Source: Anaerolineae bacterium
GTDB taxonomy: Bacteria > Chloroflexota > Anaerolineae > Epilineales > Epilineaceae
NCBI GenBank assembly: GCA_029262755.1
Contig: JAJCYU010000427.1
Coordinates: forward strand, 1 to 42,938
Reading direction: 5' to 3'
Length of the DNA stretch: 42,938 nt
Part shown: in pieces, positions 24,849 to 33,342 of the stretch
How the letters are laid out: each line of letters starts with the position of its first letter
Position numbering within the stretch: position 1 is the stretch's first letter
The notes under the pieces: generated by a model
Seen by the model: only the letters and a program-made list of their open reading frames with translations
Told to the model about the DNA's origin: nothing
The model's database searches: none
Position numbers and translations under genes: made by a program

Positions 24849-26525
24849 CTAATCCCCTCCTGCTAGTTTCTTACCTTTAAAGAATTCTGCCTTCTCTGCT
24901 AGCGTATCTCCTTTAATCTTCTGACTCTTTATTCCTTTAGTAAAGCTCTCTGGTTCACATATTACATACAGCTCTTCCTTAGCACGAGTGACAGCAGTAT
25001 ATAGCAACTCTCTCTGTAACATTGTAGCGTGAGACTGATGGAGACATAGATATACCTTTCTCCACTCGCTACCCTGAGCTTTATGTACGGTAAGTGCATA
25101 GGAATGTAGCAGATTGTTTATATCCGCTGCTTTAGAGAGTGTAGTGGATACTCCTGTATCTAGCAATCTCACTGTTAGCTTATGTGATCCTTGCGTTACT
25201 CTATCTTCTGATGAAGCAACCTGATCTAGTAAGGCGTCTACGTCAGAGATAGAAGTGGGCGCTCCAGCTCCTCTATCTGGTTTATGGTTATGTCCCCAGT
25301 AATCTAAGTGAGCAGACTCTCTCTGTACGCGGCCGCCACTATAAGAGAGGTTAGGCTCTATCTCTAATATCTCTGCATCTTCCTTATCATATAGTACCTT
25401 GTCCCCTACAGAGAAGTAATGCTTATTAAACCCTGCCATTACTTCATAGGTTATAGCTCCAGTCTTTCTAGCTATATGGTTAGCTATATGCTTGTTAAGC
25501 TCTATAGTTCCACAGGCTTTATTATAAGGTATAAGTATGCTGTCTGTATCTGGGTCATATACCTTCTTATCATAAGCAGCAGTAAAGAATGCAGCTAAGG
25601 TTAGTAGCGCGGTATCTGGAGAGAGTTTCTTCTTCCATGGGTGTATAGTAAGCTGATCTGGTACATGCCATGAAGCGTATTCTTCTACAGGTATAGGCTT
25701 ACCAGATAGTATCCTATGAGCTAGTCGTATAATAGGAGATTCTAATGCTTGTCTATAGACTTCTGTAAGCTCTATTACAGGGAGTTCTAGCATTTTAAAT
25801 CCTAGTATAGCAGGCCCGAATACAGGAGGTAACTGGTTTATATCTCCTATAAATATCCACTGTACAGAATGACCTAGGGCAGCAGTTATTTTATTATAAT
25901 CATCCACTGATAGCATAGAGGCTTCTTCTACTCCTATGGTAGCTATAGTATCAGGTAGTGGATTATTAGCGTGTCTCTGCGGCTCGAAACTCATAGTCTT
26001 TTTATTAGTACCTGTCTCAGGATCATACACTTCATAGTATACAGGAGCGTATTCTAATAGCTTATGCCCTGTAATACAGTTATTCTTTAGTTCCTCAGAC
26101 TGTACCTTACGGATGTTATTAACAGCGCGCCGCGTATAGGATATAATAAGTATTCCGGGCGTACCATCTATAAGGTGCTTATGCTGTGTACCTTGTAAGA
26201 TAGGTATAGTGCCAGATTCTATTAGTCCTTGCATACCTCCCTGTGTAGCTGTAGTCTTACCTGTACCTGCCGCTCCTATAAGAACCACTGACTCTCCAGC
26301 AGCTACGCGACGAACGAATTCTTCCTGTTTAGCATTGTAGGTAATAAGGCTACCGTCCATAGAAGTATGGGTAAGGGGGGTAGATACTCCAGATACTACT
26401 TCTGTTTCCGCTGTCTCTACTGGTTCCTGCTCCTGTACCTGTTCTATCTTCTTCTCTCTATCCCTATTCTTCTCTCTAGCAGCTGCTACTATCTCAGCTA
26501 GTCTGCTCTTACTTATAGTAACCAT
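24849..26525 (-). CDS. RecD/Dda-like superfamily 1B helicase
   Basis: GAAGTGKTT; EEASM; GDINQLPPV; LTEVYRQ; YALTVHKAQGSEW; LLYTAVTRA. Confidence 0.93.
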   Translation of the reverse strand: MVTISKSRLAEIVAAAREKNRDREKKIEQVQEQEPVETAETEVVSGVSTPLTHTSMDGSLITYNAKQEEFVRRVAAGESVVLIGAAGTGKTTATQGGMQGLIESGTIPILQGTQHKHLIDGTPGILIISYTRRAVNNIRKVQSEELKNNCITGHKLLEYAPVYYEVYDPETGTNKKTMSFEPQRHANNPLPDTIATIGVEEASMLSVDDYNKITAALGHSVQWIFIGDINQLPPVFGPAILGFKMLELPVIELTEVYRQALESPIIRLAHRILSGKPIPVEEYASWHVPDQLTIHPWKKKLSPDTALLTLAAFFTAAYDKKVYDPDTDSILIPYNKACGTIELNKHIANHIARKTGAITYEVMAGFNKHYFSVGDKVLYDKEDAEILEIEPNLSYSGGRVQRESAHLDYWGHNHKPDRGAGAPTSISDVDALLDQVASSEDRVTQGSHKLTVRLLDTGVSTTLSKAADINNLLHSYALTVHKAQGSEWRKVYLCLHQSHATMLQRELLYTAVTRAKEELYVICEPESFTKGIKSQKIKGDTLAEKAEFFKGKKLAGGD

Positions 26526-26620
26526 GTCTTTAGTTTCCTTATAGAGGCAATCACTATTACCTTAGCTCTTATTTTAAATATGTAGCATTTAACTAGGAGG
26601 TATATATAGAATCTAGTCAT
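26513..26620 (-). CDS. Possible 35-aa basic/hydrophobic peptide (not in ORF track)
   Basis: AGGAG RBS then MTRFYIYLLVKCYIFKIRAKVIVIASIRKLKTWLL. Confidence 0.4.
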   Translation of the reverse strand: MTRFYIYLLVKCYIFKIRAKVIVIASIRKLKTWLL

Positions 26621-26647
26621 AACTGTGTAAGCTCCTATTAACTGTAT

Positions 26648-27049
26648 CTATTTAGCTGTAACTAATACTATAGCTGCTGCCTTATATTCCGGCTGTAGCT
26701 CTCTAAATGATAGCGCTACCTGCTTGCTACCTGCCCCATATAATATACCAGAGTCACAGTTATAAAATCTTACCTGATAGTCTACACCGTCTCTAGTAAT
26801 CACACCTCTGTGAAGTCTATCTGAGAAGTACTCAGCGCTCCAATACAGGAGGTAGTAACTAGAGAATATATTCTGGTATTCAGGCTCTATACGCCAGAAA
26901 GACTGCTGCATATAGAGAGCGGTAGATTTAGGTATACCGTATTTATTAAGTACATCTATTGAAGGGAGCATAGTATACTGTGGGTTCTGTACACGGTAGC
27001 GAGATTCTCTAGAGTCTCTGGTATCTGTATCTGTGTCTGTGTCTGTCAT
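26648..27049 (-). CDS. Hypothetical protein with N-terminal (TD)n repeat
   Basis: ATGA-coupled ORF. Confidence 0.65.
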   Translation of the reverse strand: MTDTDTDTDTRDSRESRYRVQNPQYTMLPSIDVLNKYGIPKSTALYMQQSFWRIEPEYQNIFSSYYLLYWSAEYFSDRLHRGVITRDGVDYQVRFYNCDSGILYGAGSKQVALSFRELQPEYKAAAIVLVTAK

Positions 27050-28068
27050 AGCTTAGGTTCCTGTGATATGTTTGTATCTGATGATTTCTGTGTATCTGGC
27101 GGTGTATCTGGTTTCTTCTTAGCTTCCAGTGTAGCTACCCTATATCTCAGCTTAGCTTTTATATAATCTAACTGAGAGGTGTAATCAGTTCTTACAGGAG
27201 GGGAATCTGTAGCTTTAGCTAATATAGCCTCTACTTCTGTCTGATTCTTAGTAGATTCAGAAGGTAGAAGCATATACCCTAGACTGTTAGAAGTACCTAG
27301 CCCTAAGAAGTCTGTATGTCGGGATATACCTTCTCTAAGAGTACTCATAAGAGCATGGAAATGTATAGAACCTGCTTCTATGTTCTCTTCGCAAAACTCT
27401 TTTACCTCTCTTATCTCAGAGATAGGTGTAGCAAACATTTTGGAGCTATTAAAACAAGAGCGTATTAGTTTACACCATGCTTCATTATTAGCTGGAGGGA
27501 ATTCTGCTGCTTTAGAAGCCCAACTTGCTACCATTCCAGCATAGTACTTAGGTTCCATACCACTTTTTATACAGTGAGAGAGTCTATTCTCTGCTTTCTG
27601 TAATGACTCATAATCTATCTTAGCTTTCCTGCCGTATCTAAAGTCTGCTACATTATCTTCCCATGCAGCTATCCAGTTAGGTATCTGCGCCAGAGAAGAT
27701 GTTTCAGGGTTAACAGAGAAAGAAGGTTGAGAGAATGAAGGATGCACGATACAGTTAGTAAGCTCTACTACTCTTATAAGCTGGTGTATATTATTCTCTA
27801 TAAGAGAGATAGTAGCAGAGTCGTTAGGATTACAGGTAGCTGGAGAGTTCCATGCTACTTGCTCTGTAGAGTGTAGGAACGCTAGAAATAGCAGGTAGCT
27901 ATCTGTAGGCGGTAGCTGCCCGGAGCAATGCTTAGAATATAACCCGTATAGTTTCTTATACGGTAAGGCAAAGATTGGGTGAAAATAACCTTCTTCTGAT
28001 CTTATAACTAGCGAGCCGTGATCACAGGAAAAGGTTATACCGCTTATGGCACAATGTATTTTAGCCAT
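27046..28068 (-). CDS. Hypothetical early protein (340 aa)
   Basis: Long ORF; N-terminal C..SG..F.C.H and HPIF could bind metal; function unknown. Confidence 0.8.
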   Translation of the reverse strand: MAKIHCAISGITFSCDHGSLVIRSEEGYFHPIFALPYKKLYGLYSKHCSGQLPPTDSYLLFLAFLHSTEQVAWNSPATCNPNDSATISLIENNIHQLIRVVELTNCIVHPSFSQPSFSVNPETSSLAQIPNWIAAWEDNVADFRYGRKAKIDYESLQKAENRLSHCIKSGMEPKYYAGMVASWASKAAEFPPANNEAWCKLIRSCFNSSKMFATPISEIREVKEFCEENIEAGSIHFHALMSTLREGISRHTDFLGLGTSNSLGYMLLPSESTKNQTEVEAILAKATDSPPVRTDYTSQLDYIKAKLRYRVATLEAKKKPDTPPDTQKSSDTNISQEPKL

Positions 28069-28076
28069 AGGTAGGA

Positions 28077-28394
28077 TTAAATCTTACGGCCAGATACGGT
28101 GCTTACTAGATTCTGCTTGCTAGAGGTACGAGCAGCTAGTTTCCAGTAGGTTACACAGTCTAGATGAGCACAAGGATGGTTAATAAGGATACATATAAGC
28201 TGATCGTCATTAGTTCTTATATATACTCCGCCAGTCTCAGTCGTCTTTTCTACTCTATATCTCTTATTAGGTGTGAATGTATAGTGTATATAATCAGACA
28301 TATCAGGAAAGGCACCAAAGAATACTTCTCTACCTATCATATCTTCTGTAACTATTATCTGATCTTTTCTAATGCTTGTATCTCTATTACTCAT
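28077..28394 (-). CDS. Hypothetical protein (start likely ATG 28394)
   Basis: GGAG RBS ahead of MSNRD; SH3-like FTPNKRYRV...IRTNDD pattern. Confidence 0.65.
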   Translation of the reverse strand: MSNRDTSIRKDQIIVTEDMIGREVFFGAFPDMSDYIHYTFTPNKRYRVEKTTETGGVYIRTNDDQLICILINHPCAHLDCVTYWKLAARTSSKQNLVSTVSGRKI

Positions 28395-28459
28395 AGTATC
28401 ATTCTCCATATTAGTACGTGTTGCTAGTATCATTGGTGTAGGCGTAACTGCTAGTCTCT

Positions 28460-28897
28460 CTAATCTGCCTGTCTTATATCTACCTGCTCTCTTTCAAACT
28501 CTCTTTCTTCTTCTTCGCTCATAAGAGAGTGCAGGTACATATGCTCTTTAGCTGCTTTTATCTCAGATAGAGTGCAGCTTGCAGGATTCATAGAGTACTT
28601 TATATAAGCATTAGCCCATACCTGTTCCTTAGTAAGATACTCCGCTGGGGGTGTAGCTCCTCCTCCTGTAGTAGGTACTGTCATACCTAATGACTCTTCT
28701 AGTCCCTGTTTCGGTGGCGCTAAGCTATACGCCTCTGCTATACCTGCATTCTGTATCTTAGCTTGAAACGGAGCTAGTATAGAAATCACTGTCATACTCT
28801 CTTGAGAGATAGGTGATTCACTCTTAGCAAGATACAGTATGTGATCTATAATAGCGGCAGATAATACAGGCCGATACCGTTTAGGTGTGGTGCTCAT
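28460..28897 (-). CDS. Hypothetical early protein, first gene under the 29026 promoter
   Basis: AAGGAG RBS; N-terminal KRYRPVLS could be a DNA-binding strand. Confidence 0.8.
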   Translation of the reverse strand: MSTTPKRYRPVLSAAIIDHILYLAKSESPISQESMTVISILAPFQAKIQNAGIAEAYSLAPPKQGLEESLGMTVPTTGGGATPPAEYLTKEQVWANAYIKYSMNPASCTLSEIKAAKEHMYLHSLMSEEEEREFEREQVDIRQAD

Positions 28898-28972
28898 GAC
28901 TTATTTTTCTCCTTCCTTTGTTTCTAATGTCTCTATCTCTTCTGCTTTCTAATCTAACAGCTTATCAGGGAA

Positions 28973-29437
28973 TTCTGGCAAGGTGTCAGCATATGCCATT
29001 ATGCCAGAATGCCAGAAGGGTGTCAACCCCTATTTACCCCTCTGTATTCTACTCCACTATAGATCTAATAGCTATATACATAGCTACCAGCTAGGCTGTG
29101 CCTATATAGCTGTTACCTGCCTGTGCCTATATCACATCATAGGTAATGGCGCCTATATAGTCTCTCTTAGTTAAGGTTCTACACTACGGTATGATTTAAC
29201 CCCTACTAAAAATATAACTAATTAATACATATATACTTATATCTCTTATATACATACTATATACATAGCTGTTACCTAGATACTACCTATACACAGTCTA
29301 GCTATCTACCTATATAGTGTAGTTATTAGGGAGATACATGAGGTGAAATATCGACCTATATAGTGGGTGAAAATCGCTCTGGCATTCTGGCATTCTGGCA
29401 CCAACTGGCATATCGTGACATTATGCCATTATGCCAT
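28973..29437. repeat. TGCCA/TGGCA iteron clusters and CTATATAG palindromes; putative origin/control region
   Basis: atgccagaatgccaga at 29001-29016 is inverted at 29378-29393; tatgccattatgcca is direct at 28992-29006 and 29422-29436; CCTATATAG at 29101, 29152, 29309, 29355. Confidence 0.75.
28998..29026 (-). promoter_or_regulatory. Strong sigma70-type early promoter
   Basis: TTGACA-N17-CATAAT with TGn extension. Confidence 0.8.
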
Positions 29438-29468
29438 ATTTAGGGAATAGCTAAATCCAATAGACAAT

Positions 29469-29501
29469 AAAAAGCCTGTAATCTATACCAGCATTACAGG
29501 C
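29469..29501 (-). terminator. Intrinsic terminator of the first early operon
   Basis: gcctgtaat/attacaggc 9-bp stem followed by U5 on the minus strand. Confidence 0.8.
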
Positions 29502-29531
29502 AAGGGAGCTAACTAGCTAACTGAGACAGTT

Positions 29532-29750
29532 CTAGCTATATAGTTCTATCTCTGTCTCATAATCTGATATGTCAGTATATACCGTCACACTCTCACACTC
29601 GCTATCAGTATCTAGCTGATTGTATGCCCATAACTGAGCAACTGTATCATCTGCGAATTGCATACGTGATAGAATCTTATCCTTTCTATCACGGGTGACT
29701 GCGATCACAGCCGGATTATCTGAGTTAATACCTGCATTATTATTATTCAT
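29532..29750 (-). CDS. Small acidic hypothetical early protein
   Basis: AGGA RBS; second gene of a two-gene unit. Confidence 0.65.
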   Translation of the reverse strand: MNNNNAGINSDNPAVIAVTRDRKDKILSRMQFADDTVAQLWAYNQLDTDSECESVTVYTDISDYETEIELYS

Positions 29751-29762
29751 AGTATCAGTCTC

Positions 29763-30506
29763 CTATAATGCTAGTAACAAGTTATCCACCGTGGCTGCTT
29801 TCATTCCTTCCAGCCTTGCATAGAATCTAGCGCCTATGCTATCAGTCTTATCTACTCCAGCAACTACTAGCGCACGCTGCAATAGTTCTGCTTCTTCCTT
29901 TCTATACACTGTCTTACCACTAGCAAGGCTTGCAAACTTAGCCTTATACGCACCAGTGACCGCTGCTAGTTTCTCCAGTTCCGCCTCTGTAGGTTCCAGC
30001 TCACCCGATCCTGTCATATCTATCCCGAGTTTCTCACTAAATGCCAGTGCTAGATTATCCAGCACCGCTGAATCATACCAGCTCTCTATTTTCTCCTTAT
30101 TAAGCCTATTACTTTGCCCAGCGTCCTCTAGCGCTTCAAGGATTTTATCTAACCCTAGCCAGCTATCATTAAATCCTATACCCCCAGCCGTGTGATGCGC
30201 CTTAATTAGCTTATCCTCTACGTCTTGTAAGAACATAGAAACATATGGTGCAAGCCGCGCCGCCTCTGCTACTACCACACTCTCATCTAGATGCTTTTCA
30301 GGTACTAGAATATAGCTATTCTCGCCTGCTTTAGTACCAGTCTTTCGGTTCTCTTTATACAGGCACTTAACTAATCTCATGCCTTCTGGTACTGTGATAG
30401 GTAGCTGCGAATCATACGCGCTATACTTATAGCTAGTCGCTACTGGTGCCATTGTCTGTGCCGCAATTGGTGCCGCTGTCTGTACTGCATTATTAATAGA
30501 TTCCAT
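29763..30506 (-). CDS. Hypothetical first-early protein
   Basis: GAGGA RBS; directly downstream of a consensus promoter. Confidence 0.85.
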   Translation of the reverse strand: MESINNAVQTAAPIAAQTMAPVATSYKYSAYDSQLPITVPEGMRLVKCLYKENRKTGTKAGENSYILVPEKHLDESVVVAEAARLAPYVSMFLQDVEDKLIKAHHTAGGIGFNDSWLGLDKILEALEDAGQSNRLNKEKIESWYDSAVLDNLALAFSEKLGIDMTGSGELEPTEAELEKLAAVTGAYKAKFASLASGKTVYRKEEAELLQRALVVAGVDKTDSIGARFYARLEGMKAATVDNLLLAL

Positions 30507-30557
30507 GATCGTATCCTCTTAGTTATATGAACTAGGCGTATCCCAATCCATGCTCTG

Positions 30558-30588
30558 ATTATACCATGATACTATCTCACCTTGTCAA
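30558..30588 (-). promoter_or_regulatory. Sigma70-type early promoter
   Basis: TTGACA-N19-TATAAT with TGn extended -10. Confidence 0.7.
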
Positions 30589-30904
30589 GCATACCTACAT
30601 CTAATTACTTATATCTACCATTCTAATTACTACCTGTATCTATCTCTGCCTATCTACTTCTATCTATACCTATATCTCACAGCTATCTATCCCCTGCCTA
30701 TGCTTACATTCGCATATGCTAATACTAATAACCCTGGGGGGAGTAAGCCTTTTTTACTTCTGAGGCAGCCCTATATCCTAAGACCTCTTCCGCAATTTCC
30801 TAAATTTTTTAGTTACCACTACCAGTTACACCGTATAGGAGGAGAATACCCCGCTACCTAATAAGTATCCTCGCTATTCCCACTACCTCCTCCTCCTCCT
30901 TATA

Positions 30905-30913
30905 TGATATACT
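30905..30913 (+). promoter_or_regulatory. Candidate extended -10 late promoter
   Basis: TGaTATACT with no -35, about 40 nt upstream of the first late gene. Confidence 0.35.
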
Positions 30914-30952
30914 TCTTACTTAGAAACCTGAAACTATAGGAGGTAGCAAGCT

Positions 30953-31504
30953 GTGACATCACCATCTAGTACATTTGTAGAAGATAGAGCACTTAGTTTG
31001 CTAGGCTCCGGCGCGTCTCCTGAATCTGTAGCTACCGCATTAGGTGTTACAGCATCTAGGATTTCACAGCTTCTATCTAATGAAGCCTTCGCGGAACAGG
31101 TAGCTGCATTAAGATATAAGAACTTACAGCAATATAATGAGAGAGATGAATCTTATAATAATATAGAAGACGCTCTTATCACTAAGCTGCGCGCTTCGTT
31201 GCCGTTACTAATGCGTCCGCGTGATATATTAGGTGCAATTAAAGTAATTAATGGAGCTACGAGACGCGGCCAAGCTGCGCCAGAGCAGGTCACAGACAGA
31301 GCTAATATTGTGACTCTCCTTATGCCTACCCAGATTGTAAATAAATTCACTACTAATATAACTAACCAAGTAGTCAGCGCAGGAGAGCAGGATCTAACTA
31401 CCATGCAGTCTGGTACGTTGCTTACAATGACGGAAGATACAAAGAAAGAAGATAAAGTGGAAACTGCCACTAAAGAGCTAGCTTATGAAGTACATACTGA
31501 CTAG
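30953..31504 (+). CDS. Putative terminase small subunit (HTH)
   Basis: ASPESVATALGVTASRISQLLS HTH followed by a coiled segment; AGGAGG RBS; upstream of TerL. Confidence 0.65.
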   Translation: MTSPSSTFVEDRALSLLGSGASPESVATALGVTASRISQLLSNEAFAEQVAALRYKNLQQYNERDESYNNIEDALITKLRASLPLLMRPRDILGAIKVINGATRRGQAAPEQVTDRANIVTLLMPTQIVNKFTTNITNQVVSAGEQDLTTMQSGTLLTMTEDTKKEDKVETATKELAYEVHTD

Positions 31505-31673
31505 CCAGATGCAGGATGAAGATACTATGACTATTACAGGAAGAGAAGTTACAGTAGAGCAAGCACCTTTTATAGTTAAAGAAGCTAAAGATGCTGCTAC
31601 TATATTACGGCGGCTGCAAGCTCAGACAGCTGGCTGCTATGTAACACCTGTACCTAAGATAGTTACTAGCTAG
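31485..31673 (+). CDS. Hypothetical protein
   Basis: Small ORF between TerS and TerL. Confidence 0.5.
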   Translation: MKYILTSQMQDEDTMTITGREVTVEQAPFIVKEAKDAATILRRLQAQTAGCYVTPVPKIVTS

Positions 31674-31680
31674 CTCCCGC

Positions 31681-33330
31681 GTGAATTACTCAGATAAGGA
31701 CATACTAGAGTCTTTAGGGGGAGAAGATCCGGCATCATCAGATCCAGCGTCTCCCTTACCAGAGACTCTAACTGACCCAGCTTCATCCTCTAACCGCCCG
31801 CTACCTAAAGCAGCTGTATCTTTTAAAGAGGCTGCGGACACTAAGGTAGATGAGCAGGTAGTAGTAGAAGAGATCGGGGCATCAGTATCAGAAGTAACAG
31901 AAGCGGCTAAGACTAACTTAGATTTCTTAGCTGCTATGATTATGCCCCTTATATTTGAGTTCTGTTTCCCTCCTGTATTTAAATCTGTATGGACTTGGTT
32001 ACTAGGTTATGTACATAAGGTTAGAAGTTTCCCGCAACTTGCATTAGGTCTTCCTCGCGGCTTTGGTAAGACTACTCTAGTAAAGATCTTTATAGTATAC
32101 TGTATCTTATTCACACGTAAGAAGTTCATTCTTATCATTAGCGCTAAGGCTTCTCTAGCAGAGAACATACTATCTGACATTATAGACATGCTAGAAGAAC
32201 CTAATATAAAAAAGGTGTTCGGTGACTGGGGCTTAGGTATGGAGAAAGATACACAAGCTCTTAAGAAGTTCGGATTCAGAGGCAGAAATATAACAATAGC
32301 AGCGATCGGAGCAGAGACCTCCCTTCGCGGGCTTAATATTAAAAACACTCGTCCTGATGTAATGATCTTCGAGGATATCCAATCTAGGGAGTGCGCGGAT
32401 TCAGAAGTGCAATCTACCGCGCTAGAGAATTGGATGGTAGGTACAGCTATGAAAGCTAAGTCCCCTCACGGCTGCATGTTCTTATTCGTAGCTAACATGT
32501 ACCCTACTAAGCATTCTATATTACGTAAGCTTAAAGGCAATGCTAACTGGACTAAGTTTATTGCAGGTGGTATATTAGCAGATGGTACTTCTCTATGGGA
32601 AGACTTACAGCCTATTGAGCAGTTACTAGCTGAGTTCGCTAATGATCTTGCTATGGGTAAGCCTGAGATATTCTATTCTGAGGTACTTAATGATGAGAAT
32701 GCTTCAGCTAATAGCCTTATAAACCTGTCTAAGTTACCTGATATACCTAACTCTCCCGGAGATATACCGGCGGGCAACTTCATAGTGATAGATCCAGCGA
32801 CAGATAAACTAGGAGCTGATGCAGTATCTATAGGGTACTTCGAGGTTCATGATGCAGACCCTGTACTTATGGAGATAGAGGAAGGTAAGTTCTCTCCTGG
32901 CGAGACTATCAGGTTAGCTCTAGGTCTAGCGCTTAAACATAACTGCCGACTCATAGCTACAGAATCTAATGCTTATCAGTACTCTCTCTTATACTGGTTT
33001 AATTTCATATGTCAGCAGATGGGAGTACTAGGTATAGAAGCAGTTCCGGTATATTCAGGTGTGTCATCTAAGAACTCTAGAATATTAGCTATGCTTAAGA
33101 GCTATGCAGCTGGAGAGATATACGTGCACCCAGACTGTAAGCCATTAGTACATGCACAGATAACAGACTTCAATCCACTTAAAAGAGATAACACAGACGG
33201 ACTATTAGATTTACTTACATACTCACGTAAAGTAATGGAAGAGTTCGGAGAATTTATAGTTATATCAAATATAATAGAGAGTCAGGAGTACGATGCAATA
33301 GGCGTACCTGATTTCAATTCACCTTTCTAA
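31681..33330 (+). CDS. terL: Terminase large subunit
   Basis: LPRGFGKTT Walker A; LRGLN...RPDVMIFEDIQ Walker B; IVIDPA, ESNAYQ and DNTDGLLD nuclease motifs. Confidence 0.93.
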   Translation: MNYSDKDILESLGGEDPASSDPASPLPETLTDPASSSNRPLPKAAVSFKEAADTKVDEQVVVEEIGASVSEVTEAAKTNLDFLAAMIMPLIFEFCFPPVFKSVWTWLLGYVHKVRSFPQLALGLPRGFGKTTLVKIFIVYCILFTRKKFILIISAKASLAENILSDIIDMLEEPNIKKVFGDWGLGMEKDTQALKKFGFRGRNITIAAIGAETSLRGLNIKNTRPDVMIFEDIQSRECADSEVQSTALENWMVGTAMKAKSPHGCMFLFVANMYPTKHSILRKLKGNANWTKFIAGGILADGTSLWEDLQPIEQLLAEFANDLAMGKPEIFYSEVLNDENASANSLINLSKLPDIPNSPGDIPAGNFIVIDPATDKLGADAVSIGYFEVHDADPVLMEIEEGKFSPGETIRLALGLALKHNCRLIATESNAYQYSLLYWFNFICQQMGVLGIEAVPVYSGVSSKNSRILAMLKSYAAGEIYVHPDCKPLVHAQITDFNPLKRDNTDGLLDLLTYSRKVMEEFGEFIVISNIIESQEYDAIGVPDFNSPF

Positions 33331-33342
33331 GGAGCCACTAAT

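Noticed and set aside
28983..29174. 63-aa plus-strand ORF in the control region
   Set aside because: Runs against the local transcription direction through the promoter and repeats; probably spurious
28973..29437. CRISPR array
   Set aside because: Repeats are only 5-16 nt, in mixed orientation, with no regular unique spacers; the Cas4-like gene is a stand-alone recombination nuclease
10854..30506. Base-modification pathway (PurZ, 7-deazaguanine, methyltransferase) or lysogeny module
   Set aside because: No recognisable genes; nucleotide metabolism is limited to ThyX and dNMP kinase
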